DNA from: Methanotrichaceae archaeon
Lineage (GTDB): Archaea; Halobacteriota; Methanosarcinia; Methanotrichales; Methanotrichaceae
NCBI GenBank assembly: GCA_963748825.1
Contig: CAVVKN010000023.1
Coordinates: 128,001 to 192,000 of the forward strand
DNA length: 64,000 nt
Direction of reading: 5' to 3'
Below are positions 21,173-32,539 of the stretch, one piece after another (the stretch's first letter is position 1; every line of letters begins with the position of its first letter). Both the position numbers and the translations under genes were made by a program. Below the pieces are notes generated by a model, which ran no database searches, was not told where the DNA came from, and worked only from the letters and a program-made list of their open reading frames with translations.

Positions 21173-21991
21173 GCCGCCTGGCCTTTCCAACTATTTTTAT
21201 TTTCTTTTTAAAGGGCTAATATAAACGTATACAGCTTCGCAAGTCGTAAAATGCTCTTATCTGGAGGGTCGCGGAAGGCTTAATTTTCAAAGCCGGGAGA
21301 CTCCGAAAATGGAATTTGGGCGGAAAATACCATTTAGATGCCTATTTCGCAATTGGTCATAATTTCAGGACTCCACAATTGCCATGCATGCCCGAAAACT
21401 AGATATTCTATAACGAATAAAGTAGTAGTTTGTCGCGTAGTGTTTAGTAAGGACATGGTCCATAGGCCGATTAAGTCTGTCCGACCAATCATCCTGGCGC
21501 AGGATGATAGATTTCATCCTCCATCTCAGCTCGGATCGATCAATAATCCGGGGTCGGAAGGGCGCAGCGCAAATTTCGGCGCAGGTCTTCGGCAGTGGCG
21601 AAAATCGCCTTTTCAGGTGCAATGCCAAAATCGCCATGGATCATTTAAAGGAAAAAACGCGATGCAGGGAATGTGTGGAGGAAGCGGCTAGAGCCAGGCC
21701 CCCCATCGACCGATGATCGGGTCCCCTTAAAACGGGCGCTGTGCTAAAATTCCAGTGCTGCCTTGCCAAAAACTCACGCATTAGCCTTAGGCGAGATGAG
21801 ACGACCGCAATTCAGCGGCTCTGTTCCTCTGAGGAGGGCGCTGTGAATCAGCGTTTTTCTCGCCTTCTTTTCACCTGCTATTCCTGTTTTTAAGCATATT
21901 TTTTTCGCGAAACCCATGGTCTGAACAAAAAACTTATATCCTAGCACTATCATAAGGTTAGTATAGAGAAGTAATCGTAAGGTGAGATGAA

Positions 21992-22579
21992 ATGTGGGAC
22001 AAGAGATATCCGTCAATATTCGATATATTCGAGAGCTTTTCCAAGGGCTTTCCTTTTGAAAAGAAAGAAAAGTTCGAAGAGGACTGGTTCAAAGAGCCCT
22101 TTGAGGACATGATCAAACGGTTTGAGGAGAACATGCCTGCCGAGTTCAAGACCTTCGTGCGCGAAGAGGAAACACCAGGAGGAGTCTCTCGGCGATACGG
22201 CCCCTTCGTCTACGGATTCAGCTATACGGCAGAACCGGGAAAGGAGCCGGTCTTCAGCGAGTTTGGCAACATCAAGCCGTCCCATCGGGGCATCGAGCCA
22301 AGCTCGGGCAGAGAGCCACTGGTTGATGTCATGAACGAGAAGGAGAGGTACCGGATCTTCGTGGAGCTGCCCGGCGTGGACAAGGACAAGGTAAAATTGG
22401 ACGTGGCTGAGGACAGTGTAGAAATCAAGACGGATGACGATAAAAATTTCTACAAGATGATCTATCTCGACTCCGCCATCGATACGGACAGCGCTAAAGC
22501 CTCCTACAAGAACGGCGTCCTGACACTGGAGCTGGACAAGAAAGAAAAGAGAAAGGGAAAAGAGGTCAAAATCGAGTGA
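21992..22579 (+). CDS. hsp20: Archaeal small heat shock protein Hsp20
   Basis: 'GPFVYGFS', REPLVDV, ELPGV, 'ASYKNGVL', C-terminal V-x-I. Confidence 0.93.
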   Translation: MWDKRYPSIFDIFESFSKGFPFEKKEKFEEDWFKEPFEDMIKRFEENMPAEFKTFVREEETPGGVSRRYGPFVYGFSYTAEPGKEPVFSEFGNIKPSHRGIEPSSGREPLVDVMNEKERYRIFVELPGVDKDKVKLDVAEDSVEIKTDDDKNFYKMIYLDSAIDTDSAKASYKNGVLTLELDKKEKRKGKEVKIE

Positions 22580-22874
22580 GAAAGAATGGGCCGAGATGAA
22601 AAAACCGGCCTTTTGACCAATATATTCCTATCCTTCTATTATTTTTCAGATTTTTTTTGCGGCCGGCATTCACCGCAAGATCCGTTTTTTTTGATATGCT
22701 TCGACTGGTTGGGCATAATTATCCAATCATTGCCGCAAGCTATTGCCCAAAAAAGTGATCATTGGCGAAATATTTTCTCAAATATAGCCTACACAAGACC
22801 AATATGGCATTCATATGATTTAAAATAGAGCTATAAGCCCTCATAAAACGCCAATGTGAAAAATAGCTACTTAA

Positions 22875-23072
22875 ATGCAGACGGCCCAGGTATGCTACAT
22901 GCAGAGGGTGAGTGGTGTTTTGGAGCAGAGCAGGGTGGATGGAAATGAAGACACAAACAGCATACTATCCAGCCTTAAGAGATTGATGCACAACAAGTAT
23001 GGCGACATAATTCTTCTTTGCAGCGTGACTGTGGCCTTCGGGATGCTATTGGCAGTCTCGGCAGCCGGCTGA
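22875..23072 (+). CDS. Small hypothetical membrane protein (start uncertain)
   Basis: Short ORF with a C-terminal hydrophobic helix, AT-rich promoter region upstream. Confidence 0.4.
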   Translation: MQTAQVCYMQRVSGVLEQSRVDGNEDTNSILSSLKRLMHNKYGDIILLCSVTVAFGMLLAVSAAG

Positions 23073-23199
23073 GGCACTGCCTCAAGCAAATTTGCTTTTT
23101 CGACACCTATTTTCCATACCAATTTTTGCCAAGAATCGCACAATTACATAACAAAGATTAAATCACCCCTGGTGCTCTAAAACCATAGCGAGGATTGGC

Positions 23200-24957
23200 A
23201 TGGACAAGAATGAGTTGGTAAACGAACTCGCCAGAAGGCGCGGCTTTCTCTGGCCCGCCTTTGAGCTATATGGCGGAGCTGCGGGTTTTTACGATTACGG
23301 CCCACTGGGCGCGCCCCTCAAAAGGCGCATTGAGGACATCTGGCGGCAGTACTTCGTCATCGCCGAGGGATTTGCGGAGATCGAGGCGCCCACCATCGGC
23401 GTGGAGGGAATTTACCAGGCCTCCGGCCACTTGAGCGGCTTTTCCGATCCGCTTACCAGTTGCAAGGAGTGCAAAGAGGTCTACCGGGCTGATCACCTCA
23501 TCAAGCACATCATCGAGGTGCCCGATGCCTTAAGCAACGAGGAGATCTACAAGTGCATTCAGGAAAATGAGATAGGCTGCCCGGAGTGCGGAGGAGAGCT
23601 GTCCCAGGTATACGAGTTCAATCTCATGTTCAAGACCATGATCGGTCCAGGAAACAAGATGACCGGCTATCTGCGACCGGAGACGGCGCAGGGCATGTTC
23701 ATCAACTTCCCCCGGCTACTCCGCTACTTCCGCGATTCTCTGCCCTTTGCCGCGGTACAGATCGGCAAGTCCTTTAGAAACGAGATCTCGCCCCGCCAGG
23801 GAGTGATCAGGCTGCGGGAGTTCACTCAGGCCGAGGCGGAGATATTCATCGATCCGCGAGATAAGAGCCATCCCCGCTTTGCCGAGGTCGCGGACATCAA
23901 GATGAAGTTCTACTCCCAGGCAGCGCAGGAGAAGGGCGAAGAGGAGGAGATGACCTTTGGCGAGGCTGTGGAGAGAGGCATTGTGGCCCACCAGGCCCTG
24001 GCCTACTACGTGGCCCGCACCTATCAATTCCTCCTGGCTGTGGGCGTAGCCCCGGACAAGCTACGCTTCCGCCAGCACAAAGCCGATGAGATGGCTCACT
24101 ATGCCGCGGACTGCTGGGACGCGGAGGTCTTTTTGGACCGGCTGGGCTGGATTGAGATCGTGGGCGTGGCGGATAGGACTGACTTTGACCTCAAAGCCCA
24201 CACGTCCGTGAGCAAGGTCAATCTGAGCGTCTTCGTGCACTATGATAAGCCAGTCATGCGGAAGAAGCGCGTGATTAAGCCAAACTTCAAAGCTCTTGGA
24301 CCCAGGTTCAAAGGAAAAGCCAAAGCTGTGGGTGAGGCCCTCAAGGCTATTTCTCAAGAGGATCTAGATAGAAGCCTGAAAGGGGAAACGATTTCACTTA
24401 CGGTGGGGGAAGAAACTGTATGCATTGAACCGCTGCTATTCACTTTCGAGGACCTAGAAGAGGAGATTCGGGGAGAAGAGGTAGTACCTCACGTCATTGA
24501 GCCATCCTTTGGCATTGATCGGATTATCTACACCGTGCTGGACCACTCCTTCTACGCGGACGAGGTAGACGGCGAGACGCGCGCCGTGCTCAGATTCAAG
24601 TCGACGGTGGCCCCCATTGAGGTGGCAGTTCTGCCTTTGATGGACCGAAAGGAGCTGTCAGATCCGGCCAAGGCCATTTTGCAGGAGCTACGAACACGCG
24701 GCATGCGCGTGGACTACGATACATCCGGATCGATCGGCCGCAGATACCGGCGTAACGATGAGATCGGAACTCCATTCGCAGTCACCGTAGACTATGATAC
24801 GCTCGAGCAGGGCACCGTTACCATTCGAGACCGCGACACCATGCAGCAGGTCAAAGTCCCCCGCTGGCAAGTGGCAGACAAGCTTGCCGCATTGCTCGGA
24901 GGCCTACTCAAATTCCAGGATGCAGGGGATCTGGTTGCACCTGGGAAGAAGGAGTGA
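23200..24957 (+). CDS. glyS: Glycine--tRNA ligase (alpha2 type)
   Basis: YDYGPLG, LRPETAQG, FRNEISPR..R.REF, EPSFGIDR, SIGRRY.R.DE. Confidence 0.97.
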   Translation: MDKNELVNELARRRGFLWPAFELYGGAAGFYDYGPLGAPLKRRIEDIWRQYFVIAEGFAEIEAPTIGVEGIYQASGHLSGFSDPLTSCKECKEVYRADHLIKHIIEVPDALSNEEIYKCIQENEIGCPECGGELSQVYEFNLMFKTMIGPGNKMTGYLRPETAQGMFINFPRLLRYFRDSLPFAAVQIGKSFRNEISPRQGVIRLREFTQAEAEIFIDPRDKSHPRFAEVADIKMKFYSQAAQEKGEEEEMTFGEAVERGIVAHQALAYYVARTYQFLLAVGVAPDKLRFRQHKADEMAHYAADCWDAEVFLDRLGWIEIVGVADRTDFDLKAHTSVSKVNLSVFVHYDKPVMRKKRVIKPNFKALGPRFKGKAKAVGEALKAISQEDLDRSLKGETISLTVGEETVCIEPLLFTFEDLEEEIRGEEVVPHVIEPSFGIDRIIYTVLDHSFYADEVDGETRAVLRFKSTVAPIEVAVLPLMDRKELSDPAKAILQELRTRGMRVDYDTSGSIGRRYRRNDEIGTPFAVTVDYDTLEQGTVTIRDRDTMQQVKVPRWQVADKLAALLGGLLKFQDAGDLVAPGKKE

Positions 24958-25028
24958 GACTGCCGAAACGGGTGGAAAAAGGCAAAGATGGAACAATGGA
25001 ACAGTGAGCCAAGGAAGACTGACTGATC

Positions 25029-25670
25029 ATGCCTGAACTGGCCAAAGAGTGGCGCGCCATGCTGGTCAAAGAGCTGCGCCGAAAGGCCATTCACCTCACC
25101 GGCCTATCTGTTCCCTTTGGCATCATCTTTCTGGGGGCCGGCGTTACGGCGGGCGCAATCGCTCTGGCCTTAGCCGTATCTTTGCTGCTGGAGGTGCAAA
25201 GGTTGAATGGAAAGATCCGGCTGCCCGAGATACGCGACCACGAGGAGACAAAGGTTGCCGGCTACATTTATTACATGGTGGGCAGCCTTCTCTGTGTACT
25301 GCTCTTCCCGCCCATGATCGCCGTGACTGCCATGCTCTTTCTCACCCTGGGAGATACAGTAAGCGGTCTTGCCGGCTCCATTTTGAATAACTGCGATGTG
25401 CGAGGCGTGCCCGCCCCTGCGGGGAGAGGGCGCATCAAGCCCCTGCCCGTTGTTGCTGCCATGTTCATAGCCTGCCTTTTTATCGGCTACCTCACCTCCG
25501 GCTTTTCCGGCCTTTCTTTTCCTGTTTATCTGGCAGGAGCTGCGGCAGCTACCTTTGCTGATGGCGTGGCTATTATCATTAGAAACAGAAGCCTGGACGA
25601 CAATTTATCCATACCGATATTCTCGGGCACTCTCATGATTGCTGTCGCCTTGATCCCGCTGGCGGCGTAG
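25029..25670 (+). CDS. Dolichol/phytol kinase-like CTP-dependent membrane kinase
   Basis: 'RKAIH', 'LGD..SGL.G', 'LDDNL.IP', multiple TM segments. Confidence 0.8.
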   Translation: MPELAKEWRAMLVKELRRKAIHLTGLSVPFGIIFLGAGVTAGAIALALAVSLLLEVQRLNGKIRLPEIRDHEETKVAGYIYYMVGSLLCVLLFPPMIAVTAMLFLTLGDTVSGLAGSILNNCDVRGVPAPAGRGRIKPLPVVAAMFIACLFIGYLTSGFSGLSFPVYLAGAAAATFADGVAIIIRNRSLDDNLSIPIFSGTLMIAVALIPLAA

Positions 25671-25757
25671 AAAAGGTTTTTTAAAGTATGCCATTGTATC
25701 ATTTCACGCTCACAAGCGGCAATTGCTGCTTGTTAAGGGAATTTAGGAGGAAATGGA

Positions 25758-26402
25758 ATGGATATTATTCTGATCGGTCCACCGGGATCCGGCAAGGGCA
25801 CACAGGCCAAGATGATCGTCGACAAGTATGCAGTTAAGCACGTCTCCACCGGAGACATACTGCGAGAGAACGTTCGCAATGGAACTCCTCTGGGCGTTGA
25901 GGCCAAGAAGTTCATGGATGCAGGCAAGCTGGTTCCGGACGCACTTCTCATTGATATCATCAAGGATCGCCTGGCCAAGGACGACGTCAAGGGCGGCTGG
26001 ATGCTGGACGGCTTCCCCCGGACCATGCCCCAGGCAGAGGCACTGGATAAGATCCTTCCCGCTCTGGGCCAGAAGATCGATGTCGTTTTGAACATTGATG
26101 TTCCCGATGCAGAGCTGGTCAAGCGCGTCACAGGCAGAAGGATGTGCAAGTGCGGCGCGACATATCATGAACTGTTCAATAAGCCAAAGGTTGCCGGAAA
26201 GTGCGATGCCTGCGGCGGCGAGCTGTACCAGAGGGCGGACGATAACGAGGCCACAGTCAAGCAGAGACTGACTGCCTACCATGCCCAGACCCAGCCGCTC
26301 ATCGACTACTACAACAAGAGGGGCATTGTCGCCACCGTCCTCGGTGTGGGCGATATCAAGACCATCTTCGGCGAAGTAGTCAAGGCTCTGGATAAGATTT
26401 AA
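25758..26402 (+). CDS. adk: Adenylate kinase (bacterial type, Zn-LID)
   Basis: GPPGSGKGTQ, STGD, LDGFPRT, Cys-containing LID, RADD. Confidence 0.97.
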   Translation: MDIILIGPPGSGKGTQAKMIVDKYAVKHVSTGDILRENVRNGTPLGVEAKKFMDAGKLVPDALLIDIIKDRLAKDDVKGGWMLDGFPRTMPQAEALDKILPALGQKIDVVLNIDVPDAELVKRVTGRRMCKCGATYHELFNKPKVAGKCDACGGELYQRADDNEATVKQRLTAYHAQTQPLIDYYNKRGIVATVLGVGDIKTIFGEVVKALDKI

Positions 26403-26575
26403 GGACCTCTTCACAACTCTTTTTCTAACATTTTTTTGTAAAAGATTCTTCTGCATCTTGATTGCGGAGCAAAAAACACAGAGTCGCAGAGCGCACAGAG
26501 CACACGCAGTGATCCAAATACATCTAGAAAGTCAATAGTAACTCAGGGTTGGCCGCTGAAAATAGCGAAGAGCCT
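26401..26575. repeat. Intergenic CACAGAG/CGCAGAG-type repeat element (MITE-like)
   Basis: 'cacagagtcgcagagcgcacagagcacacgcag' plus a 29-bp end (26547-26575) that is 26/29 identical to 44364-44392. Confidence 0.55.
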
Positions 26576-26664
26576 TCTCATCCTCATATCTCTAAACCAT
26601 TCTCCTCCACTTGATCCACAAATCCGGCAACCTTTTTATCCCCTCACCCCACTAGCCCATCCCC

Positions 26665-27340
26665 ATGATATTCGTCTATTCTCTCGGCGGCTCCATCCTG
26701 GCAGGCCGCGATGCCCAGAGCCTGCGGGAGTACGCCCAGGCTCTCAAAGAACTGGCCCAAGAGCACCAGATCTTCGTAGTAGTGGGCGGCGGCAGGATCG
26801 CCCGCGAGTACATCGAGAAGGCGCGCGCCCTGGGCGCATCGGAGATGTTCTGCGACACCATCGGCATTGGCGCCACCAAGCTCAACTCGGCGCTGCTCGT
26901 GGCCGCTCTGGGCGACTCTGCGCCGCAAGAAATCCCCGACACCTATGCCCAGGCCGCCCGGCTGGCCCAGCCCGGCAGGATCGTGGTCATGGGCGGCGTG
27001 GCCGTCGGCCAGACCACGGACGCCGTCGCCGCTCTCTTAGCGGAGTACGTGCACGCCGACAAGATCATCGTCGCCACATCGGTGGACGGAGTTTACACCG
27101 CCGATCCGGAGAAGGACCCCGAAGCGAAAAAGCTGGAGCGCATGACGCCACACCCAGCTGGCGCGCCTGGCCATGGAGACGGAGATGAAGGCCGGCTCGC
27201 GCTCGCCCGTCGATCCTCTGGCCGCCAAGATCATCGAGAGAAGCTGCATTCCCACGGCTATCGTTCTGGGCAGCAAAATAGAAAATTTGAAAAAAGGTGC
27301 CCTGGGTGGACACACGGGAACGGAAATCAGGCTGGAGTAA
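26665..27340 (+). CDS. pyrH: UMP kinase, apparent +1 frameshift at ~27151
   Basis: SLGGS, VVGGG..AR.YI, TTDAVA, VDGVY..DP; after CCAC the frame continues TQLARL..KAGS..PVDPLAAKIIER...IRLE*. Confidence 0.9.
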
Positions 27341-28193
27341 GCGTCTTGACCAGGTCGCCGGGTGAGACGATGCCCCACAGGGCTCCTTGCTCGGAGACGA
27401 CCAGCTGGCTGGCGCCCGTCCGGCCCAGCATCTTGATGGCCTCGTAGATGGGCTCCTCGGAGTCGATGGTCAAAAAGCCGCGGGTCATGATCTCCCTGGC
27501 TTCCTGATTGGTCTTGCCGTCCGCCACAGCGCGGGTGATGTCGGCCATGTTGATCAATCCCGGTGAGCTGTCATCCACCAGTGCCTCGGAGACGCCGTTG
27601 TGCACCAGTATGCGCGATGCCTCCTGTAGAGTTGCGTTTGCCGGTATGTGTACGGCGCGGCGCGCGATGCCTTTAACGGCAACCTTGGGCACGGATATCA
27701 TCTCCACGATATGGAAGATGAGGCGGCTCATGGTGTCGTCCCTGCCCGTCACTTTGCCCCGGATGTAAAGCTTGTTTACGGGCGTGGGCCCGACCTCAAT
27801 GCAGTCTCCCACGTTGAAGTCCCTGATGTTGCCGATGATGCGCACCACGCCGTCGCATTGCTGCGAGTGCATGACTTTGTTGAAGATGATCTCGCTGGCG
27901 GTGGTGCCCTCCATCAACACACCATTCCGGATTACGGGGACGGTTACCACATCTCCCGTGGCCTCAATATTGAGCGCCTCGAAGGCTGCGCCCGTAGCCC
28001 TGTACCCGCCCTTGGGGCCAGGCACGCCTTCTACTAAGTTCAAGGCTTTGAGGGATTGCATCTGATTTCTGATGGTTCCGGGATTTCGGTCTATCAGCTC
28101 GGCAATCTCCTCACCCTTCACAGCTCGTCCTTCAACACGGTGAATGTTGATCAATGCGGTTAAGATGTCTCTTTGAACAGGTGTCAAATCCAT
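27327..28193 (-). CDS. Winged-HTH plus CBS domain transcriptional regulator
   Basis: 'LTPVQRDIL.ALI..VKGEEIA...RNPGTIRNQMQSLKAL.LVEGVPGPKGGY' and a C-terminal CBS pair. Confidence 0.88.
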   Translation of the reverse strand: MDLTPVQRDILTALINIHRVEGRAVKGEEIAELIDRNPGTIRNQMQSLKALNLVEGVPGPKGGYRATGAAFEALNIEATGDVVTVPVIRNGVLMEGTTASEIIFNKVMHSQQCDGVVRIIGNIRDFNVGDCIEVGPTPVNKLYIRGKVTGRDDTMSRLIFHIVEMISVPKVAVKGIARRAVHIPANATLQEASRILVHNGVSEALVDDSSPGLINMADITRAVADGKTNQEAREIMTRGFLTIDSEEPIYEAIKMLGRTGASQLVVSEQGALWGIVSPGDLVKTLTPA

Positions 28194-28337
28194 AATTCGA
28201 TCGACATTGTTCATGATTAATGTCCTATATAGCTTTATTGATTGAAACATATGCCAGAAAAATTTAGTTTAACTTGAATCGGATTTTAAACGCTTCATTG
28301 CAGAGCAATTTTGCTTAAAAGTGGGAATAAAAACGCC

Positions 28338-29502
28338 TTATTTTCGCATAGGGCATACTTTGCTCTTTTTGTAGGGAAAAGCCCCCATGCGCCGCCAGAT
28401 TTTTTTAATGGGCTCTTCGAAAATGCTGCCCCAAGACTCTGGATAGCAGGAACAGGGATAGACCTCTCCGGCGGGTGTTATGTGCATCCAGCTGGTAGCG
28501 GCAAAGCAGCCGAAGCGCTTGTAGGCCTCGGGAACAGAAAATATCCTGGGCGGCGCTACGTTGCCCCGGACAAAGTCCTCCAGACGGGCGTGATCGGCGG
28601 GCAGAAGGGCGATATTCTGTCTCTCCGACCAGCGGCCTGTGCAGACCACCTCAAAGAACGTCAGCTCGTGCGCGCCCATGCGGCGAGCAAGCTCGTGGAA
28701 CCTCTGCAGATGAGGCATGTTCTCCCGGCGCAGGACCACGTAGAGGTCAACCAGCAGGCCGGCAGCGATGGCATTTTCGATGGCCTGCATGGCCTCCTGA
28801 AAAACCCCTGCCCGCCCGCGCATGGCATCATGCTCCGTCTCGATGGGGCTGTCCAGGCTGACGTTGACGGCATAAAGCCCCGCCTCCTTCAGCCGGCGCG
28901 CGAGCTTTGCCGTAAAGCCCGCCCCGGAAGTGAAGAGAGTGGAGATAGCCCGATCGTCCACAGATGCCACCAGCTCCGGTAGCTCCTGGTAGAGGGCCGG
29001 CTCCCCGCCATCGAATATGACCAGCGTGGTTCCCATGTCCAGAATCTGGCCGATGATGTCTTTGACCGTATCCGGAGAGAGGCGCAGCTTGTTTCCAGAA
29101 TTGGGCAGAGCGCAGTGGGCGCAGCGATTGGGGCACTCCTCGGTGATGGAGATGGTAACCTGGTCCGGGGTGCGCCTGCCCAAAAGAGCCCGCAGCCGGC
29201 TGTCGGCCAACCGGGAAAAGGCCCGGCTGGGGATGGGCGGTATCCAGGTAGACAGACAGAGCTTTTCAGAATCTGCGTGGGCAGGAAGCTGCCCGTCAAA
29301 CATCTGCAGGGCGGACTTAACGAGAGGCAGATGAGCCAGAGGGCCAGAGGCATCGACTTTCACCCGGGCCCCCTTCACCTGGTCTTGCTGCATTCGCCCC
29401 TCCTGCACCCTAGGCCTTGGCCTTGAGCAGGAGGCTGTCATAAAGCGGGTAGGATTTGCGGCCGGACCTTCCTTCTCCGTCTCTATCTCCCGCTCTGGCC
29501 AT
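28338..29502 (-). CDS. Radical SAM/SPASM protein, probable +1 frameshift at ~29412
   Basis: CPNRCAHC, GGEP, VSLD, 'GCFA...GEVYPC'; the N-terminus from ATG 29502 joins via GCCT AGG. Confidence 0.8.
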
Positions 29503-29840
29503 CAATAGACATCCTTTGGATCAAAGACCTTCTCGCCCACGATAATGCCGTCCAGGGTGCGGTAGAAGCAGGACCTGTAGCCGGTATGGCACGCTCCGCC
29601 CTCTTGCTCGATCAGCAACAAAACTGCATCCTCGTCGCAGTCGATTCTGATCTCTAACACCCGCTGAAAATGCCCGGAGGACTCGCCCTTCAGCCAGAGC
29701 TTCTTTCGTGAGCGGGACCAGTAGTGGGCCTTGCCCGTCTCCCTGGTTTTGGCCAGGGCCTCGTCGTTCATGTAGGCCAGCATGAGCACCTCGCCGGTCT
29801 TGGCGTCCTGAGCAATAGCCGGGATCAACCTGTCAGTCAT
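29502..29840 (-). CDS. hisI: Phosphoribosyl-AMP cyclohydrolase
   Basis: SRSR..LW.KGESSG, DCDED, ACHTG..SCF. Confidence 0.96.
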   Translation of the reverse strand: MTDRLIPAIAQDAKTGEVLMLAYMNDEALAKTRETGKAHYWSRSRKKLWLKGESSGHFQRVLEIRIDCDEDAVLLLIEQEGGACHTGYRSCFYRTLDGIIVGEKVFDPKDVY

Positions 29841-29904
29841 CGAGAAGATAATAGTGATATAACCTATAAGGGCCTTGCTGCATAGAGAAAAGGATAGAAT
29901 AAAA

Positions 29905-31074
29905 ATGAAATGCATCACCTGCAAAGGTAGGGGGTTGTGCGGCCGGCCCGTCTGCCCCATACTACGTCGGCTGGAGGAGACGGCGGCCCTGCCCCGCATC
30001 GGCCGCAGCCTGGAGGGCATGTCCCCACCCGAGGTCTTCGTGGGCAGGCACGGCTATCCACTGGTGAGAGCTGGACCCATGGTGCCGGCGGGCGGTACCT
30101 TGACGCCGCCCTCTCTGGCCATGGACATCGGCGAGATCATAGCTGCGCGCTCGGCCCTGGTCCGCTCCGAGAGCAAGATAGTAATAAAGGAGGCAGAGGC
30201 GCCGGGAAGGCTGCTGGAGGCCATGCAGCAGATCGCCCTGTCCTCGGCTCCGGTGGGCACTGAGGTCTCATTTTATCGGCCGCCCCAGGGCAGGCTGCAG
30301 TTTGACGGCGTGCTCTCTCCCTCCGGGCCCTCTGGTGAAATGAAGGGGATGCAGATCACCACCAATCCGCTCATTCCCAGGAAGGTGGACCAGATGGTCG
30401 AGGACAGGGACGCCGCTGCCGCCGCTGCCGTGGGCGAGCTTTACACCTGCGGCATCGGCACGGATCACATCTCACGCATGCTTTCCTTAGGCCTCTTGGG
30501 CAAGAGGAGAAAGCTGGTTCCCACTCGTTGGTCGATCACCGCCTCAGACGACATGATCGGCAAGCTGCTCAAGGAGACGGTTTTAGACCAGCCGCAGGTA
30601 AACGATTACTATCTCTTCTCCAGGGAGGATCTGGGAAATCACTTCGAGATCCTGCTTTTGCCACGGCCCTTCAGCTTCGAGCTGGTGGAGATCTGGATGG
30701 CCCGCTCCGTGTGGGCGGAGGAGGGCTTCATCGGCGGAGACAGAGAGGACGGGCAGGCAAAGAAGCAGTACAGCTCACTGGCGGGCGGCTACTACGCGGC
30801 GCGCCTCGCCGTTCTGGAGCACCTGGCCGGGCAGGGCCGCCAGGCTGGCGTGCTGGCGGTGCGGGAGATCTCGGAGGCCTACTGGGCCCCCCTGGGTGTT
30901 TGGGTAGTGCGAGAGGTGGCTAGAGCGGCCATGCGCTCGCCTCCGGCGCGCTTCGCAAGCCTGAGAGAGGCGATGGCGGAGATGGAAAAGAGAATCAAGA
31001 CGCCTGCAGGGCAGTGGCGCAAGGAAGCAAAGCTATTGTCCGCGCCGGTGCAGAGGAGCCTGATGGAATTTTGA
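29905..31074 (+). CDS. nreA: Nre family archaeal DNA repair protein
   Basis: N-terminal C..CKG..LCG...CP, 'PP.VFVGR.GYP', '[12 protein letters not shown]', C-terminal PIP box QRSLMEF. Confidence 0.9.
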   Translation: MKCITCKGRGLCGRPVCPILRRLEETAALPRIGRSLEGMSPPEVFVGRHGYPLVRAGPMVPAGGTLTPPSLAMDIGEIIAARSALVRSESKIVIKEAEAPGRLLEAMQQIALSSAPVGTEVSFYRPPQGRLQFDGVLSPSGPSGEMKGMQITTNPLIPRKVDQMVEDRDAAAAAAVGELYTCGIGTDHISRMLSLGLLGKRRKLVPTRWSITASDDMIGKLLKETVLDQPQVNDYYLFSREDLGNHFEILLLPRPFSFELVEIWMARSVWAEEGFIGGDREDGQAKKQYSSLAGGYYAARLAVLEHLAGQGRQAGVLAVREISEAYWAPLGVWVVREVARAAMRSPPARFASLREAMAEMEKRIKTPAGQWRKEAKLLSAPVQRSLMEF

Positions 31075-31220
31075 TTGGGCGCTCTTAATGTCGTCGCCTA
31101 TCGAGGATTATGTCAAGGATATCAAGGGGAAGGTCTGCAAAAAGGGTTAGAAAAAAGGTGATGCTGCTTTAGGTATTCAGGATAATCCGCTGCATTTTCA
31201 TCGGAACAGAGTGTATAGTC

Positions 31221-31493
31221 TTACCATCTCCAACTGTACCGGTAATACGTGGTTCTCAGCGGGCCGTAGAAGTTGGTATTCCACCACGGATCAAAGGCAT
31301 TGTAGTAGTACGAAGGCGTGTACCAGTGGTAGGTCACCGGTTGCCACCAGCTTGAATGGTATACATTTCCAATTCCGTGAGGCGAGTGCCCATCATAATG
31401 TGGAATTGCCGCTGCGGTGCCCATGAAACAGAGCAGGCCAAAGGCCAGGATGGCCAATACAAGTTTGAGGTTTTTCGTTTTAATTCCTCCCAT
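31221..31493 (-). CDS. Small secreted Tyr/Trp/His-rich protein
   Basis: Signal peptide ending TAAA; mature part is aromatic-rich. Confidence 0.65.
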   Translation of the reverse strand: MGGIKTKNLKLVLAILAFGLLCFMGTAAAIPHYDGHSPHGIGNVYHSSWWQPVTYHWYTPSYYYNAFDPWWNTNFYGPLRTTYYRYSWRW

Positions 31494-31629
31494 TACATGC
31501 AATCCTTGTGCATATAAAAGGATGATTTTTATGTAGATCTCGGCTCAAAGTCATATGAATATCTGTCAACCTTGCAGCTGCGATTTTGATCGTACCGGTG
31601 GTTTTTTTTCGATGTCTTCGGGTCATAAG

Positions 31630-31902
31630 CCGAGGAATTCTTGTTGGCAGGAGAAGGTGGGATGCGCGGCCGGGAAGGAGTAAAGCTCTTTGGCGGGCGG
31701 CTACTTCACGGCGAGCCTGGCCGGGCAGGGCCGACTGGCTGCCATGATATCATTGCGCGAAATCCCTAAAGCCTACTTGGACCACCTGGGGCTGTGGGTG
31801 GTGCGAGAAGTGGCAAGAGCGGCCATGCGCTCGCCTCCAGCGCGCTACGCAACCTGGCAGAACCGATGCTGAGATGGAAAAGAGGATCAAGACGCCACAG
31901 GG
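31630..31902 (+). repeat. Degenerate duplicate of the nre 3' region
   Basis: Encodes AGGYF...[17 protein letters not shown], matching nre 30720-31011. Confidence 0.85.
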
Positions 31903-32085
31903 CTATGGCGCAAGGAGAATTTTATCCTTATCCATTACAACTATAAAATGCCAGCACTGCTTGTTCGCCCAGGAGGGAGCGGCCCTAGCTGCGTCTAAAC
32001 ATTTCATTATAGTCTCTTTATTAACTGGCTTATTCGAGTAGTTCCGAATGCTTTTTCTTGCAGCAATTACTTCAGCGAAATCCAT
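31903..32085 (-). pseudogene. Truncated nitroreductase
   Basis: RKSIRNY, 'AARAAPSWANKQCWHFIVV', then breaks off at the nre duplicate. Confidence 0.8.
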
Positions 32086-32313
32086 GTATTACACCATTTT
32101 CATAATTTTATAGGATTAAATTGCGTTATGATTTGTTAATGTTGCTGTTTAGCGTGATCTGCTCCGTGTGGTTTAATAGAGTGATAGTGTGTTCTAGTCG
32201 CTCAGTGAATGTTTCCATTTCCATAAGCTTGAGGTATAAACGAGCCTGCGTCCATCCTGCCCTCTAATACCATTTGATCACGTCCAAGTCTACAGAGGTC
32301 CGGCTCTGGCTCT

Positions 32314-32515
32314 TCAGTGCTCTCGAATTGCCTCGGCAATAAGTCTCGCCTCAGCACTTGGCCCTTCGTCTGCGGCTTTTTTGGCCGCATCGCTCAAGGC
32401 TATGTGAGACGTATTCCGTCATCTCTCTGGCGTCCTCGTAGAGCAAGGGGTCGTGTTCGACGATGACCAAGGAGTAGTGTGCCTCTTTCAAGATGGTCTT
32501 TAGCTGAAACACTGT
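32314..32515 (-). pseudogene. Fragment of a methanogen hypothetical protein (resembles PolB2-operon inactive RadA-like proteins)
   Basis: TVFQLKTILKEAHYSLVIVEHDPLLYEDAREMTEYVS then a frameshift; no start. Confidence 0.45.
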
Positions 32516-32539
32516 GAACCCAAATCATCGGAATGATTG

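Noticed and set aside
21670-21872. RNase P RNA
   Set aside because: GAGGAA is present, but the rest of the P4 consensus and the 3' conserved region are missing
27140-27160. Programmed ribosomal frameshift in pyrH
   Set aside because: No slippery sequence; the CCA/C insertion fits the doubled-wobble artefact seen elsewhere
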